The position numbers were made by a program, and so were the translations under genes. From Escherichia coli (GTDB taxonomy: Bacteria; Pseudomonadota; Gammaproteobacteria; Enterobacterales; Enterobacteriaceae): a DNA stretch of 64,000 nucleotides. The stretch lies in the NCBI RefSeq assembly GCF_003334785.1, contig NZ_QOWV01000003.1, one strand, 5' to 3'. Below, piece by piece: positions 35,779 to 46,122 of this stretch (its first letter is position 1; each line of letters begins with the position of its first letter). Below the pieces are notes generated by a model. The model was not told the origin of the DNA. It was given only the letters and a program-made list of their open reading frames with translations, and searched no databases.

Positions 35779-36136
35779 CACGTTCTCTTGTCCTTGAATT
35801 GAAGACGCCACTATATCACCACAGCAAGAACAGAAAAGATGCTGGCGACTTCACAAAAAAATAAAATTTATAAAGTTTATTTTATTGTGAACAATGGCGA
35901 GTGGCTTAAAATTTTATTTCATTTAATTAGTTTAAAAACATGATGTTATTTGTTTTTCTGGTTTTTTAGATGATAGATGTTGCTGGATGGTGAGTGTCTT
36001 TAACGCTATTGCGCTGTCAGATGTAACTCTGTAAAACAGATCAGGAAGGCGTAATTCATCGATTTTGGGTGTTTTTAATTCATTAACATCACAAATGTTT
36101 TTTGATTGTGAAGTTTTGCACGGACGGGGAAGATGA

Positions 36137-36586
36137 ATGAAAAAGATTGCATTTGGCTGTGATCATGTCGGTTTCATTTTAAAACATGAAATAGTGGCAC
36201 ATTTAGTTGAGCGTGGCGTTGAAGTGATTGATAAAGGAACCTGGTCGTCAGAGCGTACTGATTATCCACATTACGCCAGTCAAGTCGCACTGGCTGTTGC
36301 TGGCGGAGAGGTTGATGGCGGGATTTTGATTTGTGGTACTGGCGTCGGTATTTCGATAGCGGCGAACAAGTTTGCCGGAATTCGCGCGGTCGTCTGTAGC
36401 GAACCTTATTCCGCGCAACTTTCGCGGCAGCATAACGACACCAACGTGCTGGCTTTTGGTTCACGAGTGGTTGGCCTCGAACTGGCAAAAATGATTGTGG
36501 ATGCGTGGCTGGGCGCACAGTACGAAGGCGGTCGTCATCAACAACGCGTGGAGGCGATTACGGCAATAGAGCAGCGGAGAAATTGA
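36137..36586 (+). CDS. rpiB: RpiB ribose-5-phosphate / allose-6-phosphate isomerase B, 149 aa
   Basis: LacAB/RpiB family, MKKIAFGCDHVGF...ICGTGVGISIAANK. Confidence 0.96.
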   Translation: MKKIAFGCDHVGFILKHEIVAHLVERGVEVIDKGTWSSERTDYPHYASQVALAVAGGEVDGGILICGTGVGISIAANKFAGIRAVVCSEPYSAQLSRQHNDTNVLAFGSRVVGLELAKMIVDAWLGAQYEGGRHQQRVEAITAIEQRRN

Positions 36587-36654
36587 GATTCATCCACTAC
36601 TTGCATGGATGAGTAATGATTAATGTGGATAGAGTTTCTTTTTGAGGTTGGCTA

Positions 36655-36984
36655 ATGAAACGCTTTCCGCTATTTCTTTTATTCACCCTGCTCACGCTGT
36701 CCACCGTTCCGGCCCAGGCCGATATTATCGACGACACCATTGGCAATATTCAGCAGGCGATTAATGACGCTTATAACCCTGACCGTGGGCGAGACTATGA
36801 AGATTCGCGCGACGACGGCTGGCAGCGTGAAGTGAGCGACGATCGGCGCAGACAATATGACGACCGCCGCCGCCAGTTTGAAGATCGCCGCAGGCAGCTG
36901 GACGATCGCCAGCGCCAGCTTGATCAGGAGCGTCGGCAACTGGAGGATGAAGAGCGGAGAATGGAAGATGAGTATGGGCGATGA
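36655..36984 (+). CDS. yjdP: YjdP, secreted Arg/Asp/Gln-rich heptad-repeat protein of unknown function, 109 aa
   Basis: Signal peptide MKRFPLFLLFTLLTLSTVPAQA; six tandem heptads DDRRRQ(Y/F/L); SD GAGG upstream. Confidence 0.8.
   Translation: MKRFPLFLLFTLLTLSTVPAQADIIDDTIGNIQQAINDAYNPDRGRDYEDSRDDGWQREVSDDRRRQYDDRRRQFEDRRRQLDDRQRQLDQERRQLEDEERRMEDEYGR
36838..36963 (+). repeat. Six tandem 21-bp (heptad-coding) repeats inside yjdP
   Basis: DDRRRQY/DDRRRQF/EDRRRQL/DDRQRQL/DQERRQL/EDEERRM read directly from the translation. Confidence 0.85.
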
Positions 36985-37004
36985 GGTTGGGTATGGAGCA
37001 GGCA

Positions 37005-37110
37005 TCGCCCCTCACCCCAATGGGGAGAGGGAGAAAACGAGCGCAATATTCAATATCGAGCACAATCGGTCCCCTCGCCCCTCTGGGGAGAGGGTTAGGG
37101 TGAGGGGGCC
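37005..37110. repeat. Box C-type GC-rich intergenic repeats (two copies) between yjdP and phnP
   Basis: GCCCCTCACCCCAATGGGGAGAGGGAG and TCCCCTCGCCCCTCTGGGGAGAGGGTTAGGGTGAGGGGG; this motif family recurs in E. coli intergenic regions. The Box C family name is from memory. Confidence 0.6.
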
Positions 37111-37130
37111 AGCGCGCACATTCCCTCTCA

Positions 37131-37889
37131 TCACGCCACCCCAATCTCCATCCCATCAAACCCCACCTCAAACCCTGACGGTAGTGCGTTTTCCATCAGC
37201 CACGCATCAAACTGGTGGCTGATATGGGTCAGAATCACCCGTGGCGAGCGGATAACCTGATTCAGCGCAAGCACGGTATTTAAATCACAGTGATTACGCG
37301 GTGCATCCGCGCGCGGCGGGTGACTGCAATCCATCACCATTACCTGCGGCTGATTATTGCGTAAAAATTTCAGCGTTTTTTCCGGCAAGCCTGCGGTGTC
37401 AGACAGCCACGCCACCCGGCTGTGTGCCGTTTCCAGCAGATAACCGAAGGTCAGTTTTGAGTGGTTGAGCGGCAGGGGCGTGACCTGTAACCCCTGCAAA
37501 TCAAACACCACAAACGGTTCCACCGTGTGGCTGAAATCAAGCAGGCCCGGATGTTTAAACAGATCGTCGCAGCCCTGTTCATCCGGCGGGCCGTAAACCG
37601 GGATCGGATCGCCAACGCCCCAGCGCAGCGGAAACAGCCCCTGGACGTGATCCATATGATAATGCGTCAGCAAAAACTGCTGGAACGATCCGGGCGACCA
37701 GCGATCGGCGAGATCGTGCAGCCCGGCGTCGATCAGGGTGATTGCGTCGTTAAACTTCACTACGCCGCTGCACGGTTGGCGGCGATACTGCGGCGAGCGC
37801 CGCGCTCTGGCGCAGGCCGCACACTCGCAGCCCCATGCCGGAACGCCCTGTGCGCCGCCGGTGCCGGTGAGCGTGAGGGTCAGGCTCAT
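37131..37889 (-). CDS. phnP: PhnP phosphoribosyl 1,2-cyclic phosphate phosphodiesterase (MBL fold), 252 aa
   Basis: HYHMDH metal motif; last gene of the phn operon. Confidence 0.95.
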
Positions 37890-37890
37890 G

Positions 37891-38325
37891 TTACAGCGCC
37901 TTGGTGAAGCGGAAGTGGCTCTGCTCGTAGCCTTCGCGCAGATAGAAACGGTGCGCGTCGTGGCGCTTCACGTTGGTCGAAAGTTCGGTCATTTCGGCCC
38001 CGGCCTGGCGGGCTTCTTCTTCTGCCCACGCCAGTAACTTACTGCCGACGTTCAGACCGCGCGCCTGCGGCATTACCACCAACTCCTGAATTTCGCCGAT
38101 CCAGTTGACATGATGCAGATGAAACTGCAAATGCAGGCCGATCATGCCGACAACTTCGCCATCAAGCAGCGCCAGATGGTAGCGCATGTTTGGGTCGCGC
38201 AGATTGGCGTTAAAACCCACGCGAAACGCGTGGTGGTCAAACTCCGCCTGTTTTAGCTCACAAATCAGCGCGTAAACCGCGTCGGTGTCGTACTGCGTGG
38301 CCGGGCGAAGCTCACAAGCAGGCAT
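37891..38325 (-). CDS. phnO: PhnO aminoalkylphosphonate N-acetyltransferase (GNAT), 144 aa
   Basis: GNAT fold motifs; sequence recognised. Confidence 0.95.
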
Positions 38326-38869
38326 GGTGTTTCTCCTTCTGATGGATCAGCGTCAGCAGCGTGTCGACCGACTGGCGCAGGCTGCCGTCATTGTTGAGCG
38401 TATGGCAATCCTGTGGAGTATAGCGGGCGGCGCGCGCCAGGCGGGCGTTAATTTCACTGGCGTTTTCACGGCCACGGTTTTCCAGGCGCTGGCGGAGGAT
38501 CTCCGGCGAAACCTGTAAACAGACGGGCAGCAGCGCCGATTGATAGCGCGCCCGCGCCTGCGGCAGATGGGCGCGTGAGCCGTTGACCAGCACGTCGAAT
38601 CCGGCGTGCAGCCAGAGATCAATCTCGACGCCGACGCCATAATACAGACCGTTAGCGTGCCAGCTTAAGGCCAACAGATTTTGCCCCGCGCGGGTAAAAA
38701 ACTCCTGCTCGCTCAGGGCGATATGGTTTTCACTTCCGGCGCTGGCATCGCGCGTGATGTAGCGATGCGCCACCAGTAACTGAGTTTGTTCCCGCAGGCG
38801 GAGTTCCGCCAGCAGGCTGTCTTTCCCGGAGCCGGACGGCCCCATTAACCAAATCAGTTTTCCCATCAT
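38312..38869 (-). CDS. phnN: PhnN ribose 1,5-bisphosphate phosphokinase, 185 aa
   Basis: P-loop GPSGSGKDS; 14-nt overlap with phnO. Confidence 0.95.
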
Positions 38870-40005
38870 CAGAACACCCTTTTACCCTGACGCCAGACGT
38901 GGTCGATATGAATATGATTGTCCTTGCGATGCGCCAGCACCAGGTCGGCGCGTTTGCCCTCGCCAATCACCCCGCGATCCTGGAGATTAAGCGCCTGCGC
39001 TGGATTTTTAGTCACCAGCTTCACCGCCTGCGGCAGCGTAAAGCGGTTGCTCTGGTCATCGGCGACGCGAAATGCCGCATCGAGCAGGCTGGCGGGGTAG
39101 TAGTCGGAAGAGAGGATATCCAGCAGGCCAAGCTGCGCCAGTTCACTGGCCGCCACGTTGCCGGAGTGCGAGCCGCCGCGCACAATATTCGGCGCGCCCA
39201 TCAGCACGTTCATGCCATGCTTGCGCGAGGCTTCCGCCGCTTCGAACGTGGTGGGAAATTCGGCGATCACGCTGCCAAGCTGGTGAGATTCAGCAACGTG
39301 GGCGTGGGTGGCGTCATCGTGGCTGGCAAGCGCAATTTTTCGCGCGCGGCACAGGGCGGCGATGGATTCGCGATTCGGCTGCGACCAGCGTGCGGCGAGC
39401 GCCAGTTGCTCTTCTTCGTACTGCTGCATCTGCGCATCAGTGAGGGAGTATTTGCCCTGATAATATTCGCGATACTTCTTGCGGTTGGCGAACTGGCGCT
39501 GGCCCGGCGAGTGGTCCATCAGCGACACCAGCGTCACCGGCTCGCGCTGCACCAGTTTTTCAAACAGCGGCAGCGTGGTGTGATGCGGCAGTTCGCAGCG
39601 CAGATGCAGACGGTGCTCGGCGCGGTTGACGCCGCGTTTCTGCGTCTCTTCGATGGCGTTGATCATCTTCTCCAGATTCTCCAGCCGATCGCCGCCGTCG
39701 CGCACGTCGCCAATTGCCACGGCATCCAGTACGGTGGTGATGCCGCTCGCCACCATCAGCGCGTCGTGGCTGCTCATCGCCGAGTGGGCAGGCCAGTCAA
39801 CTTTCGGGCGCGGGGTGAAGAATTTATCCAGATTATCGGTATGCAGCTCAATCAGCCCCGGCAGCAGCCAGCCGCCTTCGCCGTCCATCGCCTCCGGCAG
39901 GCGGCTCTGGCTTTCGGCAAAGGCGCGGATTTCGCCGTTCTGCACCTCCAGCGAACCGCTTACCACCTCGTTTTCCAGCACCAGCTTAACGTTATTGATA
40001 ATCAT
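38869..40005 (-). CDS. phnM: PhnM RPnTP diphosphatase (amidohydrolase superfamily), 378 aa
   Basis: Amidohydrolase HTDN metal motif; sequence recognised. Confidence 0.95.
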
Positions 40006-40682
40006 GAAGAGGCTCCCATTGGGTGCAGGCGGTCGGCGACGTCATTACGTACAGCTTCGTCATGGAAGATGCCTACGATGGCTGCGCCACGGGTTTTGGC
40101 TTCGCGAATCAGTTCCACCACCGCGGCGCTGTTTTTGGCGTCCAGCGAGGCGGTAGGTTCGTCAAGCAGCAGAATGGGGTAGTCGACGATAAAGCCGCGG
40201 GCGATGTTGACGCGCTGCTGTTCGCCACCGGAAAATGTCGATGGTGCCAGGTGCCACAGGCGTTCCGGCACGTTCAGGCGGGTGAGAAGACGCGCGGCTT
40301 TAGCGGCGCAGGCTTCACGCGGAACGCCGGTATCGAGCAGCGGCTGCATCACCACTTCCAGTGCTGAGATACGCGGGATGACGCGCAGAAACTGGCTCAC
40401 CCAGCCGACGGTGGTTTTGCGGATTTCCACCACTTTGCGCGCTGGCGCGGTGACCAGGTCTACCCACTCGTCACCGTGTTTGATCTGGATTTGACCTTCG
40501 TCGGGCAGATAGTTGGCGTACAGCGAGCGTAGCAGAGTTGATTTGCCGCTGCCGGAATGGCCGTGGAGCACCACGCATTCGCCCGCGTTGACGGTGAGCG
40601 AGGCGCGATTGAGGACGGGCAGGCGCACGCCGTTTTGCTGGTGCAGGATGAAGGTTTTACTGACGTTTTGTACGTTAATCAT
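40002..40682 (-). CDS. phnL: PhnL ABC-type ATPase of the C-P lyase system, 226 aa
   Basis: Walker [10 protein letters not shown]; track ORF trimmed by 38 codons, since the extension reads through a REP element. Confidence 0.94.
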
Positions 40683-40702
40683 TTTTCGCCTCGTGGTTCG
40701 GG

Positions 40703-40787
<85 letters not shown>

Positions 40788-40792
40788 CCGGC

Positions 40793-41551
40793 TCAATTCT
40801 GCAAAACCGATGACACCAGCAGCTGTGTATACGGATGATGCGGGTCGTCGAGCACGCGGTCGGTTAACCCACTCTCCACCACTTGCCCCTGCTTCATCAC
40901 CAGCAAACGGTCCGCCAGCAGGCGGGCGACGCCTAAATCATGGGTGACAATCACCACCGCGAGGTTCAGCTCCACCACCAGGCCGCGCAGCAGGTCGAGC
41001 AGGCGGGCCTGCACCGACACATCCAGCCCGCCGGTCGGTTCATCCATAAACACCAGCTTCGGATGCGTCACCAGGTTGCGGGCAATCTGCAAACGCTGCT
41101 GCATACCGCCGGAAAAGGTGGTCGGCAGGTCGTCGATCCGGTTGGCGGGAATCTCCACCTCTTCCAGCCACTTCTGCGCGGTGGCACGAATATCGCCGTA
41201 ATGACGTGCCCCGGTCGCCATCAGCCGCTCGCCGATATTGCCGCCCGCCGACACCTGGCGGCGCAGGCCGTCGAGTGGATGCTGATGCACCACGCCCCAT
41301 TCGGTACGCAGCAGGCGACGGCGGTCGGCCTCGCTCATTGCATACAGCGAACGGTTCTCGTAGTGAATTTCCCCCTGCTGCGGCGTCAGGCGCGCGGAGA
41401 TCGACTTCAGCAGCGTGGTCTTCCCGGAGCCGGATTCCCCGACAATGCCCAGCACTTCCCCCGGCCATAAATCAAAAGAGACATCGCTAAAGCCTTTGCC
41501 CGGCGCGTAAAGGTGGGTCAGGTTATTGACCGAAAGTAACGGTTGATTCAT
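40793..41551 (-). CDS. phnK: PhnK ABC-type ATPase of the C-P lyase complex, 252 aa
   Basis: Walker [10 protein letters not shown]; track ORF trimmed by 10 codons. Confidence 0.94.
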
Positions 41552-42393
41552 TGGTTTTTTGCCTCGCTCTGTTGGCGGCAATAATCGGTATCGGAGCAGA
41601 CAAACATGCGGTTTCCGGCGTCATCCAGCACCACTTCATCAAGATAGCTGTGGGTCGATCCGCAGATGGCGCATGGCTCATCCCACTGCTGAACGGTGAA
41701 CGGGTGATCGTCGAAATCGAGACTTTCCACGCGGGTAAACGGCGGCACCGCATAGATGCGCTTCTCGCGCCCCGCGCCGAACAGTTGCAGGGCGGGCATC
41801 ATGTCCATTTTTGGGTTATCGAATTTCGGGATCGGCGACGGGTCCATCACGTAGCGCCCATTTACCTTCACCGGATAGGCGTAGGTGGTGGCGATATGAC
41901 CGAAGCGGGCGATATCTTCATACAGTTTCACCTGCATCACGCCGTACTCTTCCAGCGCGTGCATGGTGCGGGTTTCCGTTTCGCGCGGCTCGATAAAGCG
42001 CAGCGGCTCGGGGATTGGCACCTGGAAGATAATTATCTGATCTTCGGTCAGCGGCGTTTCGGGGATGCGGTGACGCGTCTGGATAACCGTCGCATCGTCC
42101 GTACGTTCCGTGGTGTTTACCCCGGTCACGCGCTTGAAGAAGTTGCGAATCGACACGGCGTTGGTGGTGTCATCCGCGCCCTGGTCAATCACCTTCAGCA
42201 CGTCGCTTTCGCCAATCACGCTGGCGGTAAGCTGAATGCCGCCGGTTCCCCAGCCGTACGGCATCGGCATCTCGCGCCCGCCAAACGGCACCTGATAACC
42301 GGGGATCGCCACCGCTTTTAAGATGGCGCGGCGGATCATGCGTTTGGTCTGCTCGTCGAGGTAGGCAAAGTTGTAGCCGCTCAGATTAGCCAT
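41548..42393 (-). CDS. phnJ: PhnJ C-P lyase catalytic subunit (radical SAM-type [4Fe-4S]), 281 aa
   Basis: C-terminal Cys cluster CAICGSTHSYLDEV...FVCSDTDYC; track ORF trimmed by 44 codons. Confidence 0.95.
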   Translation of the reverse strand: MANLSGYNFAYLDEQTKRMIRRAILKAVAIPGYQVPFGGREMPMPYGWGTGGIQLTASVIGESDVLKVIDQGADDTTNAVSIRNFFKRVTGVNTTERTDDATVIQTRHRIPETPLTEDQIIIFQVPIPEPLRFIEPRETETRTMHALEEYGVMQVKLYEDIARFGHIATTYAYPVKVNGRYVMDPSPIPKFDNPKMDMMPALQLFGAGREKRIYAVPPFTRVESLDFDDHPFTVQQWDEPCAICGSTHSYLDEVVLDDAGNRMFVCSDTDYCRQQSEAKNQ

Positions 42394-43450
42394 GGTTCTG
42401 CTCCTGTTGCAGACGTTTGAGTAGCTCCAGTTCGGCCTGGAAATCGACGTAGTGGGGGAGTTTGAGGTGTGAGACAAAGCCTGCGGCTTCGACGTTGTCG
42501 GCATGTGCCAGCACGAACTCTTCATCCTGCGCCGGGCCTGTCGCGTGCTCGCCGTACTCCGGGGCTTGCAGAGCGCGGTCGACCAGCGCCATCGCCATCG
42601 CTTTGCGCTCGCTCATGCCGAACACCAGCCCGTAGCCGCGCGTGAAGTGCGGCGGCTCACCCGGCGGGTCGATAAAACCGTTAACCATTTCACACTCAGT
42701 CATCAGCAGTTCGCCGACGTTCACCGCAAATCCCAGCTCTTCCGGCACAATCGACACGTCGATATAGCCGCTGCGGATCTCGCCTGCGAACGGGTGATTG
42801 CGCCCGTAACCGCGTTGGGTGGAGTAGGCCAGCGCCAGCAAATAGCCTTCGTCGCCGCGCATCAACTGCTGCAAACGGGAGGAGCGTGAGCAGGGGTAAA
42901 CCGGCGGCGTGCGGGTGATGTCATCCGGCTGTGCGCCGCTATCCTCTTCAAACTTCGCCAGCCCCTGACGCGCCAGCAGGCTGAAAACGTGCGGCGACGG
43001 CTGCTGTTCGCTGTCGGCGGTGGTCAGCGTCGGCGCTTCGCCGTTTGCCAGCAGGGTAAAATCGAGCAGGCGATGGGTGTAGTCGTAGGTTGGGCCAAGC
43101 AGCTGGCCGCCGGGAATGTCTTTATAAACGGCGGAGATACGGCGTTCGAGACGCATCCCGGTGGTGTCGAGCGGCTCGCTTACCGCCAGCTTCGCCAACG
43201 TGGTGCGGTAGGCGCGCAGCAGGAAAATCGCTTCAACGTTATCGCCGCTGGCCTGTTTCAGCGCCAGCGCCGCCAGTTCGCGGTCGGCAATGCCGCCTTC
43301 GGTCATCACGCGATCTACCGCGAGGTTAAGCTGCTGTTCAATCTGGGCGACGCTCAGTTCGGGCAAATCGGTATCGCCTCGGCGTCGGCTCTCTTGCAGG
43401 GCGTGGGCGGCGTCGATCGCCTTCTCGCCCCCTTTCACGGCAACGTACAT
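42386..43450 (-). CDS. phnI: PhnI C-P lyase core subunit (nucleosidase/RPnTP synthase component), 354 aa
   Basis: [26 protein letters not shown]... recognised; track ORF trimmed by 40 codons. Confidence 0.95.
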   Translation of the reverse strand: MYVAVKGGEKAIDAAHALQESRRRGDTDLPELSVAQIEQQLNLAVDRVMTEGGIADRELAALALKQASGDNVEAIFLLRAYRTTLAKLAVSEPLDTTGMRLERRISAVYKDIPGGQLLGPTYDYTHRLLDFTLLANGEAPTLTTADSEQQPSPHVFSLLARQGLAKFEEDSGAQPDDITRTPPVYPCSRSSRLQQLMRGDEGYLLALAYSTQRGYGRNHPFAGEIRSGYIDVSIVPEELGFAVNVGELLMTECEMVNGFIDPPGEPPHFTRGYGLVFGMSERKAMAMALVDRALQAPEYGEHATGPAQDEEFVLAHADNVEAAGFVSHLKLPHYVDFQAELELLKRLQQEQNHG

Positions 43451-44034
43451 CAGCACACCTCCACATGAGTGGTTCGCGGAATAGCCAGCAGGCGCTCGCC
43501 ACAGGTCAGGATCAGGTCGATGCCGAGCGGGAACGGATGCGGGCGCTCGGTGAGTTCGTGCAGAATGCACTCCGGCAGCTGCGGAGCGATCATTCGTTCT
43601 TCGGCAATACCCGCACCAGTAAGGCGCAACATGCGTCCGCCGCTCAGGCTGGCGACCTGTAAAATCAGCGTCGCACCCGCTTCCGGCGCAACGGCGGTGC
43701 CGGTGGAAAGGGCGTTGAGCTGTTCGCTGGAAATCGCCTCATCCGTCACCGCGAAGGTCGCCTGTTCCGGCTGGCTGACCAGCGGCGCGTTGGTATGAAA
43801 ACGCAGGCTCTGGTTGACGATATCGTTATTTAATGGGGTAGAAAGCCACACCGGCGTGTCGTTATCGGCCAGCGTCAGCAGCACGCTGGTGGTGGCGATA
43901 TTCAGCGGTTGCCAGCCGCGTTTGAGCTGATGCAGGGCGACAATCACGCCCGGCTCGCTCATGGCCTTTAACAGGCGACGAAAACTGTGCTGGGCATCCT
44001 GCACGGGAAGCATAAAAGCGGTTTCCAGGGTCAT
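43450..44034 (-). CDS. phnH: PhnH C-P lyase core subunit, 194 aa
   Basis: Sequence recognised; 1-nt overlap with phnI. Confidence 0.95.
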
Positions 44035-44483
44035 GCGTTGTCTCCGCGAACCATCGTAAAGAAGTCGACCCGGCTGGCGTTCACTTCGGCCTGGCGTGCG
44101 GCAATGCGTGCCATACGGTCAGCGTCCAGCGGGGCAATAAGGGTTTCTGATAAGTTTTGAAAGTGGCGAGATTGCTGCATCAGCGCGTCAATCAGCGCGC
44201 AGCGTTCGGCGTGCTGTTTATCACGCCCCTGCACCCAGCTGTAGCCGAGCGTGCCGTCAGTCAGGCGCACGGCGGCGCGGGTCAGCGTGGCGTCGCCGGC
44301 AAAAAAACGTTCGCCGGTGCCGCCCATCCGCGCCTGAATCTGTACCAGGCCAGTTTCAGCGGCGCGGATCACCTCATAGTCGGCGGTGATGTTTAGCGCG
44401 TTCAGGCGTGCTGCCAGTTCAGCCGGTTGGCTGTGCGCCAGCACGGACATCCAGTGCTGGCGGGTCGCGGTATCTGCGTGCAT
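44031..44483 (-). CDS. phnG: PhnG C-P lyase core subunit, 150 aa
   Basis: Sequence recognised; 4-nt overlap with phnH. Confidence 0.95.
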
Positions 44484-45209
44484 TCAGTGCTCCATAGTGA
44501 ATTCAATCATGTCGGCGCGCGTCAGGCTGACGGAGTACTCCGCCGGGCTGCTTTCACCGTCACGGTGGTTAAGGGTGCGCACGCACAGCAGCGGCGACAT
44601 ATTCGGGATTTCAAGACGCTGGCACTCTTTGGCCTGGGCGCGGCGGGCGCTGATCCGCGTCTGGCTGCGGCGCAGCGCAATTCCGGTTTGCTCGCGCAGA
44701 AAATCGTGCAGCGAGCCGCTGTCGAAGCGTTGCAGCGTCGGCCAGAGGGTGAGGTCCGCGAAGTAGTGGTCGATTAAACAGAGCGCGACGCCGTTGACAC
44801 GACGCAGGGTGCGCAGGTGGATGACGTTCTCCCCCTCGGTAATCCCCAGTGCGTCAGCGACGTGGCCGGACGCGGGGCGCAATACCGAAAGCAGTTTTTC
44901 GCTGGTGGGATGGCTGCCCTGATCCAGCAGATTCTGGCTAAAACGCGCCTGGGCGTTGAGCGGGTAATCGAACGGGCGCATCAGCACCAGCACGCCGACG
45001 CCCTGACGGCGCTGTACCCAGCCTTTTTCCACCAGTTGGTCGATGGCGCGGCGCAGGGTGTGGCGATTCACCTCAAAGCGCGCTGCCAGTTGCTGCTCGG
45101 CGGGAAGATAGTCGCCGCAGCGGTAGTGTTGACGAAGCTCCTGCTCAAGTTTTGCGGCTATCTCTTGATAGCGTGTTGGGTAGCTGGTCGGATGTGTAGA
45201 CAAGTGCAT
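44484..45209 (-). CDS. phnF: PhnF GntR/HutC-family repressor, 241 aa
   Basis: GntR winged HTH (LPAEQQLAARFEVNRHTLRRAIDQL) plus UTRA domain. Confidence 0.94.
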   Translation of the reverse strand: MHLSTHPTSYPTRYQEIAAKLEQELRQHYRCGDYLPAEQQLAARFEVNRHTLRRAIDQLVEKGWVQRRQGVGVLVLMRPFDYPLNAQARFSQNLLDQGSHPTSEKLLSVLRPASGHVADALGITEGENVIHLRTLRRVNGVALCLIDHYFADLTLWPTLQRFDSGSLHDFLREQTGIALRRSQTRISARRAQAKECQRLEIPNMSPLLCVRTLNHRDGESSPAEYSVSLTRADMIEFTMEH

Positions 45210-45229
45210 AGATATCAATGCCTCGCTTA

Positions 45230-46017
45230 TCAGATAAAGTGCTTACGCAACCGTTGAGAGAGGAAATCCAGCAGGCTGACCGTGACGATGATAAGCACCA
45301 TCAGGGCGCAGGTTTGTTGGAACTGGAAACCGCGAATCGCTTCCCACAGGGTGACGCCGATCCCGCCTGCGCCGACCATGCCGACGACGGTCGCCGAGCG
45401 GACGTTGGATTCGAAGCGATAGAGGGAGTAGGAGATCAGCAGTGGCATCACCTGTGGCAGCACGCCGTAGAGGATCTCTTCGAGCTTGTTGGCACCGGTG
45501 GCGCGAATGCCTTCCACCGGGCCGGGTTCAATCGCTTCCACCGCTTCGGAAAGCAGCTTGGAGAGCACGCCGGTGGTGTGGATAAACAGCGCCAGCACGC
45601 CAGCACGCCAGCGAACGGGCCGAGGCCGACGGCGACCACGAACAGCATGGCGAAGACCATTTCGTTAATGGCGCGGCAGGCGTCCATCAGGCGGCGAACG
45701 GGCTGGTAAACCCACCACGGCACCAGGTTTTCGGCGCTCATCAGGCCAAAGGGGATGGAGAGAACCACCGCCAGCGCGGTGCCCCAGACGGCGATTTGCA
45801 GCGTGACGGCCATTTCGGTGAGGTAATCCTGCCACTGGCTGAAATCGGGCGGGAAGAAGTCGGCGGCGAACGTCGCCATGTTGCCGCCGTCTTTGATCAG
45901 CGTAAGCGGGGCCATTTCCGCGCCCTGCCACGAGACGACCAACACGGCGAGTACAACGGCCCAGCTCAGAAGCGAGAACCAGCTGCGCTTGGGTGGGGCG
46001 ATGGTGATGGTTTGCAT
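45230..46017 (-). pseudogene. phnE: phnE phosphonate ABC permease, disrupted by an extra 8-bp repeat unit (frameshift)
   Basis: The N-terminal frame ([14 protein letters not shown]...GPFAGVLA) and the C-terminal frame ([13 protein letters not shown]...RKHFI) join perfectly if one GTGCTGGC unit is deleted; 788 nt minus 8 gives 260 codons. Confidence 0.92.
45590..45612. repeat. 8-bp direct repeat tract (CGCCAGCA x2 plus CGCCAGC) causing the phnE frameshift
   Basis: Read directly: cgccagca cgccagca cgccagc. Confidence 0.95.
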
Positions 46018-46031
46018 GTTTGGCTCCGGTC

Positions 46032-46120
46032 TGTAGGCCGGATAAGGTGCTTGCACCGCATCCGGCATCAACGCCTGCACATTGTCGGATGCGACGCCGG
46101 GGCGTCTTATCCGACCTACG
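46032..46120. repeat. BIME (two inverted REPs) between phnD and phnE
   Basis: TGTAGGCCGGATAAGGTGCTTGCACCGCATCCGGCA and TGTCGGATGCGACGCCGGGGCGTCTTATCCGACCTACG. Confidence 0.9.
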
Positions 46121-46122
46121 AT

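Noticed and set aside
36679-37222. ORFs 36679-37005 (-), 36761-37171 (-) and 36857-37222 (+) overlapping yjdP and the Box C repeats.
   Set aside because: They are products of the 21-bp repeat, which is open in several frames, and of the GC-rich palindromic Box C units. There are no start-site signals. The yjdP frame alone has a signal peptide and an SD.
45230-46080. phnE considered as two genuine overlapping genes (phnE_1/phnE_2) or as a programmed frameshift.
   Set aside because: The break coincides exactly with a supernumerary 8-bp direct repeat. There is no slippery heptamer or stimulatory structure, and deleting one unit restores a single canonical permease. This is a mutational, reversible pseudogene.
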